A DNA stretch of 64,000 nucleotides from Chrysomallon squamiferum (lineage: Eukaryota; Animalia; Mollusca): positions 1,922,001-1,986,000 of the forward strand of contig CM022670.1 in NCBI GenBank assembly GCA_012295275.1, written 5' to 3'. This document shows, in pieces, positions 57,901 through 64,000 of this stretch (positions are counted from its first letter, which is position 1; each line of letters opens with the position of its first letter). Made by a program: the position numbers and the translations under genes. The notes beneath the pieces were generated by a model, which did no database searches, had not been told where the DNA came from, and worked only from the letters and a program-made list of their open reading frames with translations.

Positions 57901-58951
57901 ACTTGATGCCAACGGTTCCAGGTTTGAAGAATTTGAATCTGACTTCTTTGATGATCGCTTCCTTCTGACACTTTTCGAAGAACTGACTCGAAACGATCCT
58001 GATCGCTTTAACCTGGTTTGATGTTCCGTGTCTTTGCTCACCTCAACAGCTTTCACTGGAAGCAAACCCATTTTGTCGACAGATTTAGAACCATCTGCGT
58101 TTTCTCCGTCGATAATCTGAAGGTTCGGTGTCAAGAATGGATGTTCCGAATCTGGCTCTGTTTTCAGCCGTCTGCACTGTGTAGAGCGGTTTTTTCTCCC
58201 TGTTTCGTTCTGCACTGTGACTTCTACTTACATATTTATCTTTGCGATGATCGGCAGACTCGCTCACCTCCAGTGTCTGTTTGTCTGTTTGTTTATTACT
58301 TTCCTCGTTGGTTTCAGAAATACTCTGATCTTCGTCTCCCATTGTGATATCTCTGCCCATAGACTGTTGTAGTTGGAGATTAAATTTTTTTATGAGTTCT
58401 ATTTCACTATTTACCCCATCATCTCGAGGAAGTAAAGATCCTCTGTGACTCCCCTTCACCAAAAACAAAGAATCGCGTCTGTCAGCGCGATTCTGATGAA
58501 ACATTAAACTCCTCCTTTCATCCTCAGCTTTCTGTTTTCGTTTTCGTTTCACGTTTTCTCTAAACTTCTGAACGCCTTTTCGCATCAAGTTTAAAATTCT
58601 TTCTGACGTTACCTTGGTTCTTCCTTCCTCCTGGCGTCTCTGGTACTCCTCCCTCTGCGCGTGTCTCTTGTCCCGTGTCACCCTGCACAGAGTTTTAAAC
58701 ACGAGTTCCTGTCCTCGCTTCACTTTGTTCAGAGCGATCACGTGTTCCTTGTACATGAGCTGCACATCCTTCCACATGTGTGACCTCACCAGGCCGTTGA
58801 AGTGTCTCGTTCTGTTGCTGAACTCGGGTTTCTCGACCTCGCGTAGCTGCGGCAGTTTGTCGCCGTTCATGGCAGACATTCGTACGAACATCGTGCGACG
58901 ATTGCTTCGAACGGGAATCCGAGGTCCGTTCCGTCTTTCGGGTTCTTCCAT
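54952..58951 (-). CDS. Uncharacterised highly charged protein (N-terminal coiled-coil, C-terminal LKKCRYIR motif; loosely CCDC190-like); frame-disrupted unless 58231-57272 is spliced out
   Basis: ATG 58951 (MEEPERRNGPRIP...). Coding-like sequence runs to a donor at 56824 (GAA TTT G|gtaaat), which joins in phase to the acceptor at 55247 (ttag|CG GAG AAC...), ending ...KITKSYA* at 54952. Supplied ORFs 58085-59005, 57709-58215, 57401-57787 and 56816-57337 tile the large exon. Family resemblance is from memory, not a search. Confidence 0.72.
55250..55530. repeat. (ACA)n/(ATA)n microsatellite forming the 3' end of the last intron of the uncharacterised gene
   Basis: Directly visible; on minus it reads (TTG)n up to ttag| at 55248. 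Confidence 0.95.
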
Positions 58952-60496
58952 ATCGCATAGATAACAAAAATATATTTTAACGTTTAAGCTAAACTTTTCC
59001 AACACTATTTAAAGATAGTATAATTTACCTTGTCTTGACTTGACTCTTCTTGGCTGGATGTAGAGAGAAAAAAAAAAACTACGAAAAACACAAAACGATA
59101 AACTCACTTTAACTCTTCACTGTTCTGATCATTTTAACCTTTGATCAAACAACTTACTCGTATGAGTTACAACTAGAAAAGTCACCGTATCCATTGGTTT
59201 CTAATCTGTTCCGAAATTCTTCAAACACTTTCCATACTGACTCGTGGCAAACACAGCGTCTAGTAAATATTAAATACATAACTGTGTGTGTGTTTTGTAT
59301 CCAGTTATTCTTTTCTTCGAAACAAAACGAATCCGTGGACAAAACGACCACAGCGAAAAGATCACGGTTACGGGCTAGAGATCTTTACATCCGTTTATAT
59401 GTCAAACAGTTACCAACACAAGAAGTCACAGACATTGTTGCGAGAAATTCTTTTCTGACTGTCTGCTACTGGCTGGAAACAAACTCAATACGAAGTTCAA
59501 TGTGATCTATTGCTTTTCATTTTCACTTCAACGAACACATTGTGGAGGTCAAATTTGCCGGGGGACGTTAAGCCGTTGTCTTTGTGAAAACGTTAGCCCT
59601 TCCCAGGCAAAAACCTCTTCTTAGATATCTGAACAGACTATTGAGATTGAGTGGTCGTTAGCAAATAAACAGTCGGGTGTATAGTACAAGCGTGCATGTA
59701 TCGTGTTTTCTGTATTATGTGCTGTGTGCCAGCACGAATCCACTTCAGACTTCTCCAGTGTTATGAAAACTGTTATTTGTGATATGTATTCCAACTAAGC
59801 TCCTGGTTTAACCTAGCGAAGATATTTTTTAAAACAAAACTGAAAAATATTTTAAATATACCAAAATGTTGTTTCGTATGAAAGTGTATATCAGCAGCAA
59901 ATGAAATAAAAAAAATAATAATATAAAAATTAAATTAAAAAAAAAAAAAAATAAAATAAAATAAATAACATATATATATATATATATATATATAAGGTTA
60001 TTATGTTTCTTCTGAATGTGAAGGTAAACGTTTCAATATTATATTTAAGATATGATTTATGTATTCATAGCGCAGAGAAACCGCTAATTTTCTCTGTCTC
60101 GGCTGAAACCTTTCATTGCTCCAATATTATCATTAAAATAGTTCATAACACGATACCCGTCGCTTAACAACAACAGCATTGACGACGACGACAATCAAAA
60201 AAAAAAAAAATAATAATAATAATAATAAATTTATTAACTCCAGTAAGTTATGCCAGAATTATAACTGTTTGAAGTTATAGAATGGGGGAAATGATTATAT
60301 CGATTTTATTCGCAATATTTTGTTACTGATTTTTTATTATTAAAGTCTCAGGTAATAACAAGTCTGATAGTGTTGTGTAATGTGTTTTTCATAGTGTCTC
60401 GTCTTGAGCGAAACCCAACAGATCTGCAAGTCAACATTATACGAACCCCTTATGTACGCACATATACAGAAAAATTGGTTAATATTTTGTTATGTG

Positions 60497-60615
<119 letters not shown>

Positions 60616-62307
60616 AAATGTATGCATATCAATTCTATCATAAATTTTCATAAAACACGTTAAAAATATTTATGAACATACACATATTATTAAATTTCAT
60701 TCGTAACGGATTAATATTTGAAAAATAATACTTTCCCAGGGTTTTTTTTGCTGGTTTATTAGTTTTTGCAGTAAGCTTTCGACAAGCAATCTTTGTAAAA
60801 TCGTACCGTTGACGTCCATTTTATTATTATTATTATTATTATTATTTTATTTTATTTTTTTTTTTTTTTTTATTATTATTATTAATTTTTTTTTTTCTAA
60901 ATTTTTCAAAATAGTTTGAATATATTATAAACTTTTACCGAATAGCTTCTTTCATTGCTGTGAAGAATTTATTATTATTATTATTATTAGTAGTAGTAGT
61001 ACTAGTAGTAGTAGTTGTAGTAGTAGTAGTAGTAGTAGTAGTAGTACTATTATCACTATGTCGCAACACAGTCTGATAAATAGATTATCAGATTTCCATA
61101 ATTAATACTTTAGGAAACGAGCAGGTACAAGTAAATTCTGTCAGTTATTAGTGTTTGTTTCTTTCGTTTTGCTATTCCAGTTCTGTTATTACTTTCTTTA
61201 TTTCTTTTTTTTTTCTTTTTATTATTATCCCCAGCATCAAATTTAATAACATATTTATTTTTATTTGTTTGTGTGTTTTATTTTTTGTTTTTAAAGTTTT
61301 TATTATTAGTATTTCTTTTATATATTATTATTTTTTTTTTTTGTTGTTTTCATTTTCTTGCTTCCCCCACCCACTTTAGCAGACCACTCCTTACTGTTCA
61401 TTCTCACATCTAAAATAACTTTAAAAGAGGATGAGCGATGTTTTATTTATTTTATTTTTTTTTACTTAATCAGGGTCCGGCACGTGATGAAATTCCTCGT
61501 CACGAATTTCTGCAAGAAATACGATTAAATTCTGAATCGGATAAATGTTGCTATGTTAAAATAATTCTAACGTTATTGAGAAATATATAAACAATTTACA
61601 ATGATTAGTCCACGGGTATTTTTTATTCAAAATTTCAATATGGTTTTAACAGTGCATGACGTATCCTTATGTAAACATTCTGAAAAGCTATGTGACGTTG
61701 TAAAATGTGATAATTACCAAGTTATTATTCACTTTAACATTGTTATAAAATAAATAATTATTAACTGAAATGTGAAGTTGAAAATTGTTACTAAGTACAT
61801 TTTTTTGTTTTTTACCATCATAGTAATTAACCTTTTTGTAATGTATTATGTGTTGTGTTAACTTGGTAACTAATATAAAACTGGTGACGTCTTAAAATTT
61901 ATTTTAAAAAACGCTGAATTACATCAATTAATTATGTGAAAACTTAACACATTAATAACCATTGTGTCAAACTCTGTATATAAACTCGATGTGTGTTTTG
62001 TTATTAATTATCATTAATGATATATATTTATCCAAATTACATATTTTCCGATTATAAAAAACTGAATATTACATTCAAAAATGTGTTTTATTCTTGTACG
62101 ATTCAAATATACTTAGAGCTGGATTACATAAAAGCTGAAGCATTATATGTTTATTTGAATCCCAGTCAAAGTGAAAGGTCGCATTCACTATCACTTTCAG
62201 TCACAGTGACTGCTGATGCAATCATACTCATTACACATACACACACAAAACATCATTTAGATGTACAAACAAGCTTAGATTTGAAAAAAAATGTTTTTGT
62301 TTTTGTT

Positions 62308-63114
62308 TCAGTCTTTCTTTTCAGTCGTTTCTCTCTCAATTTTGATTGTTTTTCCTTCAGGTTCTGGTTCTCCTTTCACGTCTGCTTCAATCAGCAAAAC
62401 GCCCTCTGGTGAGATTTTTGATGACACGGTTTCCAGGTCAACATCCTAAAATAAACACAAATTACTTTACATAGAGAATGTTTTAATGAATATAATTTGT
62501 TTTATACAAGTTATAGAAATATATGTTGTTGTATTTTATTTATTATTATTTTTATAATCCGGTAATGAATAAAAGAAGATATTTAGCTAAAAAATGTGTA
62601 CTTAAATTTAAAAAATAACTTTTTCATTTAGTTAATTAAATAATCATAAACAACTTTAAAAAATACATTGAAATTATTTATAAAAAAAATAATTATAAAA
62701 CATTTTAAAATATAAAACAAAATTTAATAAATTTTTTTAATTACAAAACATTTTTAAAAATATAAAAAAAATAAATCATAAAAAAGTATTTTACTTTAAA
62801 AAATTTTTTAATTCAATACAAAATTAATTTAAAAAAAAATAATAATAATAATAATAATAAATATATATATATATATTAAATATAAAGAAATTTTAGAACT
62901 ACAGGATCTGTTAAATGACAAGACAAACAAAGCAGACCTCTGGTATGATGAATTCCCGCGTGAATTCGCGCGACACAAAACCATGTTCGTCTGGTTTTGA
63001 CTCGTGTCTGCCGGTCACACTCAGTCTGTTTCCTGTGACCTTCACAGTCAGATCCTCCGGTTCAAACTGTCCAACGTCCAGTTTGACTTGAAACAATTTG
63101 TTGTCGTACTTCAC
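62308..63114 (-). CDS. Small heat-shock protein (HSP20/alpha-crystallin domain), last two exons; 5' part not found in the window
   Basis: Exon 63114-62938 (VKYDNKLFQVKLDVGQFEPEDLTVKVTGNRLSVTGRHESKPDEHGFVSREFTREFIIPE) spliced to 62445-62308 (DVDLETVSSKISPEGVLLIEADVKGEPEPEGKTIKIERETTEKKD*). Canonical alpha-crystallin motifs and C-terminal IXI (IKI). Confidence 0.94.
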
Positions 63115-63578
63115 CTGAAATAAATTTATAATGATTAGAATGTTCTAGTGATGATAATAATTATTATTCAATTTACACGTAAATTATTTATATCCTCAGT
63201 CTATCAGGAATTTTTGCAAATATCAAATTGTTTCAAAATAAAATTTTATTACGACAAAATGAAGTTAAATGACGAACTTTTTTTACAAGCTGATTTTATA
63301 TAAGTGTGTGCATGTGTGTATATATATATATATAATTTTTATACTTTATTATTTGCAAATGTTGTGGTCCATTAATAAATTACAACTTAGAAAAAAAATC
63401 TAAATATTTTAAAACCATTTTAAAACTTGTTACCTTCATCTAAAGTATACTTTAGAAATTGTGACCTTTTAGAATTTTAATTTCAAAACATAAATTTTTT
63501 TTTTTAAAAACCCAAAATAACATGTTTTTACACATTTTCCAATAATACTGAATTGTATTTATCTGATGTAGTGTAATA

Positions 63579-63612
<34 letters not shown>

Positions 63613-63867
63613 AAAAAAATACAAAATTTAATAAAAACATTGGGTATACTACTCACTTTGCTAATAATAAAGTATAATCACAAACTGATAAATATGGAGA
63701 TTTATACTCCCACACAGTAATTCAGTAACTGATGCAATCTCAGGAATTAGTAAATCTGTATTGATTGTTGCATCAGACCAAACTGAAACATTTTACTAAC
63801 ACTTTTCCTTTACAGTTAATATAATATTGTAACTGAAAATACATATTAATCAGTTTTATGGACTTAA

Positions 63868-63917
<50 letters not shown>

Positions 63918-64000
63918 TTAAACATTTTTAATTCGTATATTATTATTATCATCATTATTGTTAATACTATCACTGTTAATATTTATTATTAGTCGTGGTA

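Noticed and set aside
57090-58967. Overlapping or antisense ORFs, and programmed frameshifting or selenocysteine readthrough at TGA 57401
   Set aside because: The antisense ORFs shadow a purine-rich coding strand. Four successive shifts would be needed, and the TGA is followed by TAA three codons later.
61466-61509. Small exon-like piece (cag|aaattcgtgacgaggaatttcatcacg...) downstream of the sHSP
   Set aside because: Only ~45 nt, weak resemblance to the sHSP FTREF segment, no convincing partner exon; the sHSP already has a complete terminal exon.

Overview
AT-rich, microsatellite-dense animal genomic DNA. It is probably a gastropod mollusc, inferred from the SINE remnants and gene style; it is not prokaryotic, and there is no CRISPR array, rRNA or tRNA. 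Hand splicing (GT-AG, phase-consistent) gives: (1) a complete 12-exon ferric-chelate reductase 1-like gene (signal peptide, DOMON, cytochrome b561, no reeler domain; 428 aa) on - at 30201-39471, plus a second copy whose last five exons lie on + at 1071-5520. The copies sit in an inverted duplication of about 9 kb (1-9509 vs 26335-~35110) whose right arm starts exactly at a 200-N scaffold gap, so a mis-joined haplotype is likely. (2) Two tandem SLC7 light-chain amino acid transporter genes on -: a full 11-exon copy at 12437-18803 with two lesions, and a copy at 21919-26134 cut by the gap. (3) A charged uncharacterised protein gene on - (54952-58951) whose frame breaks all fall in one 960-nt GT-AG segment, a candidate intronised exon. 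(4) The last two exons of a small heat-shock protein (62308-63114, -). Also present: a decayed DDE transposase, SINE remnants, several minisatellites and a hairpin/TTACGTAA motif array at 47.4-47.7 kb. Nearly all other supplied ORFs are microsatellite artefacts. I cannot demonstrate a new biological system; the best leads are listed as findings.
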